From a virus (taxonomy: Duplodnaviria > Caudoviricetes): 64,000 bases of DNA. Shown here piece by piece: positions 47,078 through 56,134 of the stretch (position 1 is its first letter; every line of letters begins with the position of its first letter). The notes beneath the pieces are model-generated. The model did not search any database and was not told the DNA's origin. It saw only the letters and a program-made list of their open reading frames with translations. The stretch is taken from IMG/VR virus record IMGVR_UViG_2791355391_000001, positions 182-64,181 of that record. One strand, written 5' to 3'. The translations under genes were made by a program, and so were the position numbers.

Positions 47078-47926
47078 CTATTCTTCCATAATCAAAATGT
47101 CAGCATCATTAAGAAACAATCCTTGCAATACGGACATATTCATGAGCCCTGACTTTTTAATAATAGCTTTTAAAAAAACATGCCGTTCATCAGTTAAAAA
47201 TGCAACCCCATCATTTCTAAACATATCAACCAGTTCATTCATTAATACTGATGCAGTTGCTAATAAGCTATGCTCTTCAAGAAAACAATATGTATAATAT
47301 GGGTCGTTAATATAACTTGCTAACAGTCCTTCCAAGCGATTCAAATCTCTCAAATCTTCTGGCACTGCTTCATAGCCATAATCAGGCTCAATGAAGGACG
47401 AACTTCTATAATTAACAAGTTCTCTACACTGGATAGCCCACTCAAAAACACTAATTGAATCAATTGTATTAGTATTGAGCTTGTGAGATTTACATAACTC
47501 AGCAAAGGCCTTAATAGTAGTTTTGTGATCTCCTTTTATTCTATTAGTGGAAATACGTATTGGTACAGCATTTTCCACGCACTCTAAAAAAAATATCTCC
47601 CCTTTTCCATTTTTGAAAATAGCATATCCCTCAAGAAGCAAAAAAGCTCTTAACGAATAAAAAATGGAATAATATAATTTAATTATGGCCCATGATGAAT
47701 GCCCCCTTCTAAGGCTGTATAGTGACTCCAAAAAACTTACAGATGCTTTGTAAAAAACATCTATTGAGTCACTCCTAATAGCATATTTCAAGTCTGACAA
47801 TTTACTAGCACTTAACTGAATCGAATCAATCCTATCTTTATATTGACCTAACTGAGTGGGATCCGAGCATCCCACTTCAGCCTCAATAAACTCCTGACAG
47901 AGATATCTTTTAAAATTCATATTCAT
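47078..47926 (-). CDS. HEPN-like protein, partner of DGQHR protein
   Basis: SWAIIKLYYSIFYSLRAFL, GDH, RELVNY resemble the HEPN YY..H..RxxxxY pattern; overlaps upstream stop. Confidence 0.6.
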   Translation of the reverse strand: MNMNFKRYLCQEFIEAEVGCSDPTQLGQYKDRIDSIQLSASKLSDLKYAIRSDSIDVFYKASVSFLESLYSLRRGHSSWAIIKLYYSIFYSLRAFLLLEGYAIFKNGKGEIFFLECVENAVPIRISTNRIKGDHKTTIKAFAELCKSHKLNTNTIDSISVFEWAIQCRELVNYRSSSFIEPDYGYEAVPEDLRDLNRLEGLLASYINDPYYTYCFLEEHSLLATASVLMNELVDMFRNDGVAFLTDERHVFLKAIIKKSGLMNMSVLQGLFLNDADILIMEE

Positions 47927-48959
47927 CCTGAGACGGTAGTGATGACAGTACGTTTTCTTCCAGCAATTCCTTCACTCTTTTCCTTGCTGTTTTACCATCA
48001 TGATTCTTTAATTCATCCCAGGTAATAAGTGTCGATTTCTCTAACGAAATAATTGACTTTATTGTATCAACAGTAAATGATTTCCTTTCAACGCATTGTG
48101 AAAGTAGTTTTTCAGTCAAGAAATCCACAGCCCCCGCAAAGCCAGCGGCTTTTACAAATGGATTCTTTGCTTTGCTATTCCAAATATTTTCTTTGTCGTA
48201 ATAGTATTTGATACCATTGAAGAAGTTTATGATCAAATTGCGTTGATTATCATATGTCCTAATATTATATTTCGCAAATGTTCCCGCTGGCTTAACATGC
48301 TCTTTTAAGGATTGAACAATGGTAGATAACTCGATATTACCAACGCCACGAGGTGACCCCGGAAACTTTATTAGCTTATAAAACGGAGATGTCTCTAAAT
48401 CATTTAGCTCACGAGCAATGTCAGTTATACGATTTATCGCATGAGTTTCATCATCTTCGAGTTCACCAAAAAGATCGTAAATTAAGCTCTTAGGTACTGG
48501 TTTTTGTTCTGTATTAATATTTAAGAAAATTTTTGCTGCTTGTGGCGTTGTTAATGATTCACATAAAGTAACTAATATGTCCATTTCTCCAACTTTAGGA
48601 TCTTCCTCCATAGCTTCTTCTAAACCCGCTAATCGATGCTGACCATCAATAACCTGAATAGATGCAGGAATAAAATCAAAAGAAATGACACCATCTTTAA
48701 CTTCAATATTTTTATCTGCATTCGTCCAGTTCAAAATAAATGAACTAAAGAATATATTACCATCAAGAACATATTTTTTAATACTTGTTATTCTTCTACT
48801 ATTAAGTACACGCTGAACGGCTCCTTCCTCATTATCTCGCCCTCGTACAGCAACGTAATACATGGGGATCAATTCTTTTACCTTCATAGAGAAAGTAAAT
48901 GCAGGAATATCACCAAAAACTGTTTCTAGACACTGATAACTAAGTTTATTTATTGCCAT
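47910..48959 (-). CDS. DGQHR-domain (DndB-like) protein
   Basis: VQRVLNSRRI, VIDGQHRLAG, IFLNINTEQKPV motifs. Confidence 0.9.
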   Translation of the reverse strand: MAINKLSYQCLETVFGDIPAFTFSMKVKELIPMYYVAVRGRDNEEGAVQRVLNSRRITSIKKYVLDGNIFFSSFILNWTNADKNIEVKDGVISFDFIPASIQVIDGQHRLAGLEEAMEEDPKVGEMDILVTLCESLTTPQAAKIFLNINTEQKPVPKSLIYDLFGELEDDETHAINRITDIARELNDLETSPFYKLIKFPGSPRGVGNIELSTIVQSLKEHVKPAGTFAKYNIRTYDNQRNLIINFFNGIKYYYDKENIWNSKAKNPFVKAAGFAGAVDFLTEKLLSQCVERKSFTVDTIKSIISLEKSTLITWDELKNHDGKTARKRVKELLEENVLSSLPSQDEYEF

Positions 48960-49052
48960 TATTCATTTACCTGCTTTATCAGTCAGTTGGAAAATTTTGC
49001 TGCTACATTACAACAATTGGGTTTGCCACACAATATATCGCGGTCGCGCGCG

Positions 49053-49071
49053 CTCGTATCCCCGCCACGCC
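49053..49071 (-). other. P2/186-like cos core (19 bp)
   Basis: Reverse complement GGCGTGGCGGGGATACGAG versus P2 GGCGAGGCGGGGAAAGCAC. Confidence 0.75.
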
Positions 49072-49108
49072 AACACGTTTTGTGTAATGGCTTCAAGCAA
49101 CTGCATGT

Positions 49109-49148
49109 GATGTAACCGGCCCGCCAGTTCTAACGGGCCGGTTACATC
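49109..49148. repeat. Perfect 15-bp inverted repeat beside the cos remnant
   Basis: GATGTAACCGGCCCG-N10-CGGGCCGGTTACATC. Confidence 0.85.
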
Positions 49149-49196
49149 TCACCTACAGTTCATTATCCCTCAGTATCTTTGATACATAAAAGTTGT

Positions 49197-49433
49197 TCAT
49201 TTGGCCCCCTCATGCAGCTGCGCTGCGATGCACGAAAAAAAAGACTCCCGCGTATGACTATTAAGCGCTGGTGCAAACGCAGCGTTAAGAACGGCAGCAT
49301 CACAGCCGTCATCGGTATAGAGCGCAATTTTTTTCTCAAGGCGCGCTTTGGCCTCCTGCAGCTGCATACCCCGGCAGGCACGCGGGATATACTCAGCAAT
49401 TTGAGCGATACATTTTTCGTTCTGTTTAAACAT
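49197..49433 (-). CDS. Hypothetical phage protein
   Basis: 78 aa, overlaps upstream gene. Confidence 0.6.
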   Translation of the reverse strand: MFKQNEKCIAQIAEYIPRACRGMQLQEAKARLEKKIALYTDDGCDAAVLNAAFAPALNSHTRESFFSCIAAQLHEGAK

Positions 49434-49629
49434 GCTTCACCCCGATAGGCTTGATGGTGTCCAGCAGCAGCCGGCGGCGCGTATTTTCTGCAAAGTGACG
49501 GCGCCCGGTTTCTTTGTGGTAAAACTCGTTTTTGCCAACGACCCACATCCGCTCTGTCTGGTGCAGTTTTTTTACCTGCGGACCGTCTTTGGTGATCACG
49601 ATGCCGGTATGGGTTTTCACAATTGTCAT
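49426..49629 (-). CDS. Hypothetical phage protein
   Basis: MTIVKTHTG..., GGAGG RBS, ATGA-coupled. Confidence 0.65.
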   Translation of the reverse strand: MTIVKTHTGIVITKDGPQVKKLHQTERMWVVGKNEFYHKETGRRHFAENTRRRLLLDTIKPIGVKHV

Positions 49630-49994
49630 AAGGCCTCCCGTGATGACGATGCCGGCGTACAGGTAAAAATCATTTCCTGAATATCGAGGAAACGCTGGAA
49701 TACAGGACAACCAAGCAGGCTGTAATTCATCCCTGACGCTGCCTTTGGCACCATCCCTAACCGTTTCATGTCAAAATCGATGACGGCGCGCTGATCGCGG
49801 AACAATCCCAAACGACCATGTCGTACAACCTCGCCAGTCGCTTCTGCTTCGGAAAAATATCGTTGGACAGTAGCGCGGCTCAGGCCCAGTTTGTTCATTG
49901 CCTCGGCGGTCGTGAGGCGCCCCTGATGCCTGGTGATCCGAATCACTGCGCGGACGTACTCTCTGCGCTCAATTGCTGACAATGCTCTAGCCAT
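49626..49994 (-). CDS. HTH protein (DUF977-like)
   Basis: LGLSRATVQRYF helix-turn-helix; after DnaC-like gene. Confidence 0.7.
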   Translation of the reverse strand: MARALSAIERREYVRAVIRITRHQGRLTTAEAMNKLGLSRATVQRYFSEAEATGEVVRHGRLGLFRDQRAVIDFDMKRLGMVPKAASGMNYSLLGCPVFQRFLDIQEMIFTCTPASSSREAL

Positions 49995-50001
49995 TCATAC
50001 C

Positions 50002-50751
50002 TCACTTAACGACACGCAAATGGCGCACGTTTTTGCGATAGCTGTCCCACTCAAAATTCACCCACATACCGCCGTCCATCTGGAGACGGTCAAGGATCCG
50101 CATACCCAGTGTTTCCTTCAGCGATTCGTAGTTCAGGTTGGTTAGGATGCCGACAGGCCGCATGGAGGACAGTCGGCGATCGATAACCTGATTCAGGATG
50201 ACTTTTTCACCGCTGCTTCCGCGCTGAATACCCACCTCATCCAGAATAAGCAGGTCCACATGGCACAAATCGTCCAGCAATGACGCCTCTGACTGCCCGC
50301 CGTCATAGCACTCGCGAACACGTAGCATCAGGTCAGGAATAGTCACCAGCAGCACAGAGCGGCCACCCGCCAACAGGTGATTTCCGATTGCCGCCGCCAG
50401 ATGGTTTTTCCCGGTGCCCGGCGATCCGCTGAATACGAAACTCGCAAACCCAGAACCGAAATGCTGCGCGTAACTTTTCGCCATCGAGAGCGCCCGACGC
50501 TGGCCATCCGACTCAACCTGATAGTTAGCGAATGTGCAGCCGCGGTGCAGATCCTGAATTCCTGCACGTCCAAAGATTTTCTCTGCACGTGCTCGCTGGT
50601 TTTGTTTTTCCAGTTCCTCACAGCGCTTACGGCCTTCTTCGGCTTGCCAGGCACGCCATTCATCAACGCTGCCGAATTTTGGCTGAACGCCAGGGGGAAT
50701 GAGTTTTTTCAGTCGCTCCAGTGCATTCCCGGTACCAATCATGTTTTTCAT
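50002..50751 (-). CDS. DnaC-like helicase loader ATPase
   Basis: GSPGTGKNHLA, LLILDEVG, RILDRL. Confidence 0.92.
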   Translation of the reverse strand: MKNMIGTGNALERLKKLIPPGVQPKFGSVDEWRAWQAEEGRKRCEELEKQNQRARAEKIFGRAGIQDLHRGCTFANYQVESDGQRRALSMAKSYAQHFGSGFASFVFSGSPGTGKNHLAAAIGNHLLAGGRSVLLVTIPDLMLRVRECYDGGQSEASLLDDLCHVDLLILDEVGIQRGSSGEKVILNQVIDRRLSSMRPVGILTNLNYESLKETLGMRILDRLQMDGGMWVNFEWDSYRKNVRHLRVVK

Positions 50752-50753
50752 CG

Positions 50754-51641
50754 CTACCCCCTGAATCCCGATGGGATGGTTTTGTCAGGTTCCGAAATCT
50801 GATTGGGATCTCGTGCGCCTGGCGCCTGCTGAATCGCCCACGGTTCGCTGAAATGCATACCAGGGCCAAAAAACGTTTTCGCCTGTTTCACGTACTGCGT
50901 GTTGAGGATTCCCTCGGCTCCAACGAAAGCCGCGTAACGCTCCACACCTGCGAGGATTTCCGCCGTAGTGGTTCCATCCCTGATTCGGGCATTCCAGGCT
51001 TTGAAGGCATCGGATTTGCTGTTACCCCCTGCCCGCCTGGGATAAACCGACCAGACCTGCTCGAAATCATTCGGGTATATTTTTTGGGAATCAGATTTAT
51101 CGCCTTCGTCCTGGTTCTGATCGTCTGGGGGTGTGGCGGAGCCATGCCCCGAACTATCTTCTTCCTGATCCTGTTCCTGCTCCTGATCCTGTTCCTGGTT
51201 AAGGAACGGTTCGAGAACCCTTTCGGAACCCTTTAGTTTTTCGATGTCGATGTGGGATATTGCCGAGGCTAAAACCCGCGCCAGCTCTGGCTTCACCGTA
51301 GATTTGTCCGGGACCTGATCAAACAAACGCAATGCTGCAATTCCCTGGTTTGGGTTTTCAACTGAATTCCAGGTCAGAAAGTTGCGAATTAACACCCATT
51401 TCGATGACGAATCACGCGTTGCGAAACCGTTAGCCGATAGCTCATCAAACCCTTTCGAAACCCTTTCAGGAGTCCAGGCTAAGTCTTCCGAAACGTATCC
51501 ATCAGGCAGCCGGAAACACCCAATCATGTTCGTGTGTTGCCCTGTGAGCAGGTACAGCGCCAGCAACCTGGCATCATCCGATACCCGGCGCATTCCATCG
51601 CTTATCCAAAATGATGTATGCACCTTGCCGTAATCACGCAT
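50754..51641 (-). CDS. Replication initiator protein
   Basis: N-terminal wHTH, QEQDQE linker, FEQVWSVYPRR C-domain. Confidence 0.85.
   Translation of the reverse strand: MRDYGKVHTSFWISDGMRRVSDDARLLALYLLTGQHTNMIGCFRLPDGYVSEDLAWTPERVSKGFDELSANGFATRDSSSKWVLIRNFLTWNSVENPNQGIAALRLFDQVPDKSTVKPELARVLASAISHIDIEKLKGSERVLEPFLNQEQDQEQEQDQEEDSSGHGSATPPDDQNQDEGDKSDSQKIYPNDFEQVWSVYPRRAGGNSKSDAFKAWNARIRDGTTTAEILAGVERYAAFVGAEGILNTQYVKQAKTFFGPGMHFSEPWAIQQAPGARDPNQISEPDKTIPSGFRG
51163..51236. repeat. Candidate origin repeats inside initiator gene
   Basis: Six TCCTGN hexamers then 11-bp-period GAACGGTTCGA/GAACCCTTTCG/GAACCCTTTAG; AAACCCTTTC twice more near 51447-51467. Confidence 0.5.
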
Positions 51642-51658
51642 AGAGACCCCGTTGTTGC

Positions 51659-52453
51659 TTAAACTGGTGTGTTTTCATCACCAAGCACCCACAGCAAAGC
51701 CGCTGCGTATTCGCCGCTGGCGGTTTGAAGTTGCAGGGTGATTTCCTTACGGGATTTGAGACGAGGCTTTGTGTCGCCGAGGACAGCGCGCTGGCGGCGA
51801 GCTTTCTCGTGGCCAGTTACACCCTCTGCCGCTGCCTCTAACTGTTTGACCGTTTCCCGTTGCTTTTCCGGTGGCATATCGACCAGCTGACGAGCTTGAG
51901 TGACAGTGACTTTTCCAGCCTCAACCGCTGCCTGGACGGCCTGCGTAGCATCCAGTAGAGCCACGGTTGCCTGGACCGTTTTTACGCTGCAGCCAAAAAG
52001 CAGGGCAATGTCATTTTCGTCATGACCGTATTCCATCTGCTGAACCATTTTTTTTGCCCGGCCCAGTGGGGTATCTGGTTGCGTGATCTCGTTTTCGCTG
52101 ACCATGTATTTGGCCATTTGAATTGCCGAGCCGCGCTTAGCTATACCGGGTACCGGCCAGGGTTCCAGCCCTACCCGCTTTCTCCTGGCGTTTGCTTCCA
52201 TAGCGTTCTTTACGCGCTGCCGACCTGCAACCACGCAGGTTTTCCCTGTCTCTGGGTCCTTCCACACGATAATCGGTTCGAGTACCCCAAGTTCCATGAT
52301 GTTGAGGATCACAGCTTCATTAAGCGGTAGGTGTACTCGTTCGTCGTAAAGCGGGTGTGTTGTATCGGTCACCAGATGCAGGTTTTCCGGTTCGAAAAAC
52401 AGGACGTTGCTTTTACCGCTGGCGCCGTACGCGTCGATCGAGTTTTTAGCCAT
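51659..52453 (-). CDS. ParB/Srx-like domain protein
   Basis: GVLEPIIV, VVAGRQRVK, SEN, then HTH. Confidence 0.75.
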   Translation of the reverse strand: MAKNSIDAYGASGKSNVLFFEPENLHLVTDTTHPLYDERVHLPLNEAVILNIMELGVLEPIIVWKDPETGKTCVVAGRQRVKNAMEANARRKRVGLEPWPVPGIAKRGSAIQMAKYMVSENEITQPDTPLGRAKKMVQQMEYGHDENDIALLFGCSVKTVQATVALLDATQAVQAAVEAGKVTVTQARQLVDMPPEKQRETVKQLEAAAEGVTGHEKARRQRAVLGDTKPRLKSRKEITLQLQTASGEYAAALLWVLGDENTPV

Positions 52454-52582
52454 GGGCGCCCCCGTTATTGATATTCAGTTGGTGAGTGTTCATAATTTCC
52501 CCTGTGAATTGATCCAGTTAATTCGCAACGAAAGCCGTAGGTGTTGCAGCACCGCGGCTTTCACCTTTTTTGATATTTCCCA

Positions 52583-53119
52583 TTACAGAGCCCCCAGCAT
52601 TGAAGTGACAATGGCCATCAGTGGTGCTGTTAACTCCGGATCTATCCTGAACATCTCGACAATTCCCTCGCTCAGTTCTTTCAGCTTCTGATGGCGTGGA
52701 GCCCCCACAGCAACGGCAATCTTTGCTTCGCTGGTTTCTTTTTCCAGACGAGCCAGACGGGACATAAAATTGTCTTCGGGCATCAGGCGATGGCGAAACT
52801 CCAGCGGAAGAACGGTCATGATTGCCGGGGTAAGAAGGCGAACGTACTCGCGATAGCGTTCAGACTCGGCCAGGTTGTCCAGGTAGCGAAAAAGCTTTTG
52901 TCTGGCTCGGCTGATGTCATCAGGAAACGCGATCTCCTCGCCGCCCTGCAGTCGCCACTCATCGATGATGTGTGCCGACACAACGTCCTGCCCTTCAGCT
53001 GCTGCCCAAGCACGAACGGCAGAGCGAATTGCGTCGTTATCCGCCTCTCTCTGTTGATTACGCTTTATCAGAGCGCCGGTGTTGAATCCGGTATTTTGTT
53101 GAAAGGGAAGTGTTTGCAT
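52583..53119 (-). CDS. CII-equivalent, YdaT family
   Basis: IRSAVRAWAAAEGQDVV, RARQKLFRYLD; follows cro. Confidence 0.8.
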   Translation of the reverse strand: MQTLPFQQNTGFNTGALIKRNQQREADNDAIRSAVRAWAAAEGQDVVSAHIIDEWRLQGGEEIAFPDDISRARQKLFRYLDNLAESERYREYVRLLTPAIMTVLPLEFRHRLMPEDNFMSRLARLEKETSEAKIAVAVGAPRHQKLKELSEGIVEMFRIDPELTAPLMAIVTSMLGAL

Positions 53120-53121
53120 GT

Positions 53122-53349
53122 TCAGCCTTCCTGTTTCGGCAGGCCGTCAGTTGGATTCGGGTAGAGATCCGGGCGAAGTTCGTGCGGGGTGACGCCGGTG
53201 ATGTTGAATATCGGCAATACCCGGTCGTGAGGAACAACGCCTTTGTAGCGATTCTTCCAGCGACTTACCGACATGGGTTTAATGCCCAGTAGGGTTGCCA
53301 GATTGCTAGCTGTACCTGCTTTTTTGATGGCCTTTTCTAATCCGTTCAT
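53122..53349 (-). CDS. Cro-like repressor (YdaS family)
   Basis: HTH and TGVTPHELRPDLY. Confidence 0.9.
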   Translation of the reverse strand: MNGLEKAIKKAGTASNLATLLGIKPMSVSRWKNRYKGVVPHDRVLPIFNITGVTPHELRPDLYPNPTDGLPKQEG

Positions 53350-53377
53350 AGTCGTCTCCGGTGAGTATTCACATCAA

Positions 53378-53443
53378 TTAAGCCTAAGACTTAATTATCA
53401 GTCAAGTCTTAGGCTGATTTAAATTTATAAGCAAAAGGCTTAC
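53378..53443. promoter_or_regulatory. Three operator sites between cro and cI (OR-like)
   Basis: TTAAGCCTAAGACTTAA, TCAAGTCTTAGGCTGAT, ATAAGCAAAAGGCTTAC; consensus TAAG-N7-CTTA. Confidence 0.8.
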
Positions 53444-53452
53444 TCTTCTGAT

Positions 53453-53839
53453 ATGACTGAGAAAAAATTACTTAACCCGATTCTCGTAGAGCGCCTGACA
53501 GAACTAACACGCCGCGGGATGACAAAATCTGATATGGCCAGGGTTGCGGGAATAACGCCGCAGTCCGTTAACGGCTGGTTCAAGAAAGGCGCCATGAGTA
53601 AGGAATCTGCGCTTGCGGTCGCAGATGCCGCCGGGGTGTCAGTGCCCTGGTTACTGGGAGAAGAAGTTAATGAAGGGAGTGGGCTAAAGCCCGACGAACA
53701 GCGTTTGCTGGAGCTTTATCGCCAGTTACCCGAGGAAGAGCAGCAGAACATTTTGCGAATAGTGTCTCTGCGGCTGAAGGAGCTCGACGAACTATATGCC
53801 AAGTACATGGGGCGGCGGATTAAGGGTGATACGGAGTAA
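53453..53839 (+). CDS. CI-like repressor, HTH only (no S24 peptidase domain)
   Basis: MARVAGITPQSVNGW HTH, VSVPWLLG; 128 aa, divergent from cro. Confidence 0.9.
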   Translation: MTEKKLLNPILVERLTELTRRGMTKSDMARVAGITPQSVNGWFKKGAMSKESALAVADAAGVSVPWLLGEEVNEGSGLKPDEQRLLELYRQLPEEEQQNILRIVSLRLKELDELYAKYMGRRIKGDTE

Positions 53840-53934
53840 CTGAAAGTATAAGTAGGCGAGGATTGAATAGTAATTATCTTTGTTCAGCTCATTGTTAAAC
53901 CTGGTTTTTATATCTTAAATAACAAGGGATTAGG

Positions 53935-54393
53935 ATGGTAAAGCTATGCTTCCCACCCCTTCTTTCTCCCGGATTTCATGACCTTGATGATGCTCAGGTC
54001 AAATCACTTTGTGTGGATGCTTTTCCGGAATCCGTGAGAAGGAGTATGCTATACTGTAATTACATACAGTTAGTGAGTGATATAAGAAATATCAATAAGC
54101 AATTTAATTGTTTTATTGAGGTGTGGGTAGATGGATCATTTACCACTGAAAAGCCGGAGCCTGATGACATTGATATACTTTTAGTAATTGATTCTAATAG
54201 ACTTAATCTTGTTCCTGTGATGTTTCAACCACAGATTGAGAAGTTTTTAAACAGGCAGTACATTAAGCATAACTATAAGATTGACCTGCTATTGTTAGAA
54301 CATGGTAAGGACGAGGACAGAATGCATTGGAGGGGGGTGTTCGGGCATGACAGAGAGGACACACCTAAAGGTATAGTGAGGATATCATTATGA
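53935..54393 (+). CDS. Pol-beta-superfamily nucleotidyltransferase-like protein (DUF6932-like)
   Basis: VWVDGSFTTEKPEPDDIDILLV = hGS...DhD, later IDLL. Confidence 0.75.
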   Translation: MVKLCFPPLLSPGFHDLDDAQVKSLCVDAFPESVRRSMLYCNYIQLVSDIRNINKQFNCFIEVWVDGSFTTEKPEPDDIDILLVIDSNRLNLVPVMFQPQIEKFLNRQYIKHNYKIDLLLLEHGKDEDRMHWRGVFGHDREDTPKGIVRISL

Positions 54394-55322
54394 ACAGTAA
54401 CAGTAATATGACCGCTTTAAAGGGGCGCATAAAGTTCGTTCAGGATAAACTCGACTCAATGTCCGCCAAATCGGAAATGTCCTTTGCAGACAGACTCATT
54501 TTCAACAATATGGACTCCTATCTTAGCGATCTTAAAGCAGAACAAGTTGCAGAAGATGCACGCCATCCATTGCTAGATTTTATGGAGCTAAGACTGAAAG
54601 GTGTAGTTGTTGACCTTGGTACAATTCCATTAGAGTTGCTGGGGGTGATATCCCATAACCTGGCTGCGCTTGTCCAGCGCGCTACCCACAAGCTTGCTTC
54701 CGGGAAAGACTCTCATAAGGTTCCTTATGACATAAAGAGCTCATTGAATATGAGGCTTGCTGAATTATCACCGGGCTCAACTCGACTTGGATTAACCTTT
54801 TCTACCGGTGATTGTGAGCTTGTGGAAACGGTATCAAGTAAGGCAGTGAAGGAGATTATTGGGCTGCTGGACACCAATGACGCGTCAGTAATGATGAACC
54901 AAATAGCCGAGATAGGTTATAACTCTGCACAAAGCCTAAAAAGAATTGTCGAGGAGTGCGATAAAAACCACGTTGATTTTGATCTATCATGGATTGGCCC
55001 ATTTAGCGATGGTGCGCGTATAGTGAAAGTAAGCTCCAGGAAAATCAAAATGTTAAGCGACCGTTTGGCATCAACCACCATATCGCAACCAGTTACTGAG
55101 TCTATCGTCGGAGTACTGGCATCATTATCAAAATATGGCAAGATGGATATTGAACTTGATGGTGAGAAAATCAAAGCTTCATTTCCAATAGAAATGTTAG
55201 ATGAAATACAGAAAAGTCATAAGGTTGGCCAACAGGTTTCATTGTCAGTAGAAGTAACTGACATTTACAATGAAAACCTTGGATTACATCGTAAAAATTA
55301 CCGAGTTAAATCTTTGAGATAG
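54390..55322 (+). CDS. Hypothetical protein coupled to the NTase gene
   Basis: 310 aa, ATGA overlap; beta-rich, possibly OB-fold C-terminus. Confidence 0.75.
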   Translation: MNSNSNMTALKGRIKFVQDKLDSMSAKSEMSFADRLIFNNMDSYLSDLKAEQVAEDARHPLLDFMELRLKGVVVDLGTIPLELLGVISHNLAALVQRATHKLASGKDSHKVPYDIKSSLNMRLAELSPGSTRLGLTFSTGDCELVETVSSKAVKEIIGLLDTNDASVMMNQIAEIGYNSAQSLKRIVEECDKNHVDFDLSWIGPFSDGARIVKVSSRKIKMLSDRLASTTISQPVTESIVGVLASLSKYGKMDIELDGEKIKASFPIEMLDEIQKSHKVGQQVSLSVEVTDIYNENLGLHRKNYRVKSLR

Positions 55323-55325
55323 CGT

Positions 55326-55352
55326 AAACCCGGCCATCGAGCCGGGTTTTTA
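55326..55352 (+). terminator. Intrinsic terminator
   Basis: AAACCCGGC-CATCGA-GCCGGGTTTTT. Confidence 0.85.
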
Positions 55353-55357
55353 TTGCC

Positions 55358-55561
55358 CTACTCTTTTGGTAGCCACAGAACGTCAATAGCCAACTCCACA
55401 GCCAGATCGACCTGGTCTTCCTACCACAACACCTGAATCACTTCTATTAGCGCCTCTCTTGACGGCTCGCACTGCTCAACCAGCAGCTGCATAACCGCTA
55501 TCCCGATAACCTGCACTATCTGCGGGTGCATCTCCGCGAACAACTCATCATCGTACCCCAT
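55358..55561 (-). pseudogene. Small helical ORF interrupted by an amber codon
   Basis: MGYDDELFAEMHPQIVQ...IQVLW*EDQVDLAVELAIDVLWLPKE*. Confidence 0.4.
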
Positions 55562-55619
55562 ACATACAGCCATCTTTTGGTGATTTTGTGAACATAACAC
55601 ACTGCCACCCCCATAAAAA

Positions 55620-55685
55620 TTAAGCCATAAACTTAATGGTGAATAAGTTCAAGACTTGACAAAATTTAAGTCCAAGGCTTAATAT
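55620..55685 (+). promoter_or_regulatory. Three operators and early promoter (OL/PL-like)
   Basis: TTAAGCCATAAACTTAA, ATAAGTTCAAGACTTGA, TTAAGTCCAAGGCTTAA; TTGACA at 55656 and TAATAT at 55680. Confidence 0.85.
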
Positions 55686-55825
55686 CAACTCACACTACAA
55701 CCCACCCAGGCATGGAGCCCACGAAGTAGCTGCCGGCGGCATACGAATCACCGGATGAGGTGGGGATATCAACGCGCAGTAGGTTTAAACGTTCCGCTGG
55801 CCGGCGATAAGGCAATGAGGGTGAG

Positions 55826-56134
55826 ATGAGTAAGGTAAAGGTGGCGCCTATTGAACTCGAAATAAACGCCACGGAAGTAATCAATCAGGTCGAGGAACTA
55901 CTGGGGTTACTTGAGCTTCCAGCCCGTTCCCTTGAAGGCATCCCTGAGGATGTCGTCAACCTGCTTTTTGACAACATCCGTCCCTTGCTTAACGACATCG
56001 TCCTTAGTGATTTCTCGACCACAGTTGGCACAACTGACGCCAACAAAATTTGTATCAAAGTCGAAATCATCGGGACGCTTGAGCATCTCGCTTCCGCAAT
56101 CAGGGCAAGCAACTTTCATCGTTGTCAGTTTTGA
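55826..56134 (+). CDS. First ORF of early operon, hypothetical
   Basis: 102 aa, GAGGG RBS; overlapped by an antisense gene. Confidence 0.5.
   Translation: MSKVKVAPIELEINATEVINQVEELLGLLELPARSLEGIPEDVVNLLFDNIRPLLNDIVLSDFSTTVGTTDANKICIKVEIIGTLEHLASAIRASNFHRCQF

Noticed and set aside
47910-48959. Phosphorothioate (dnd) or 7-deazaguanine (dpd) modification cluster
   Set aside because: None of the modification genes is present
46615-49148. A second intact P2-like prophage or P4 satellite
   Set aside because: Only a stop-interrupted portal fragment and cos remain; no other P2 or P4 genes
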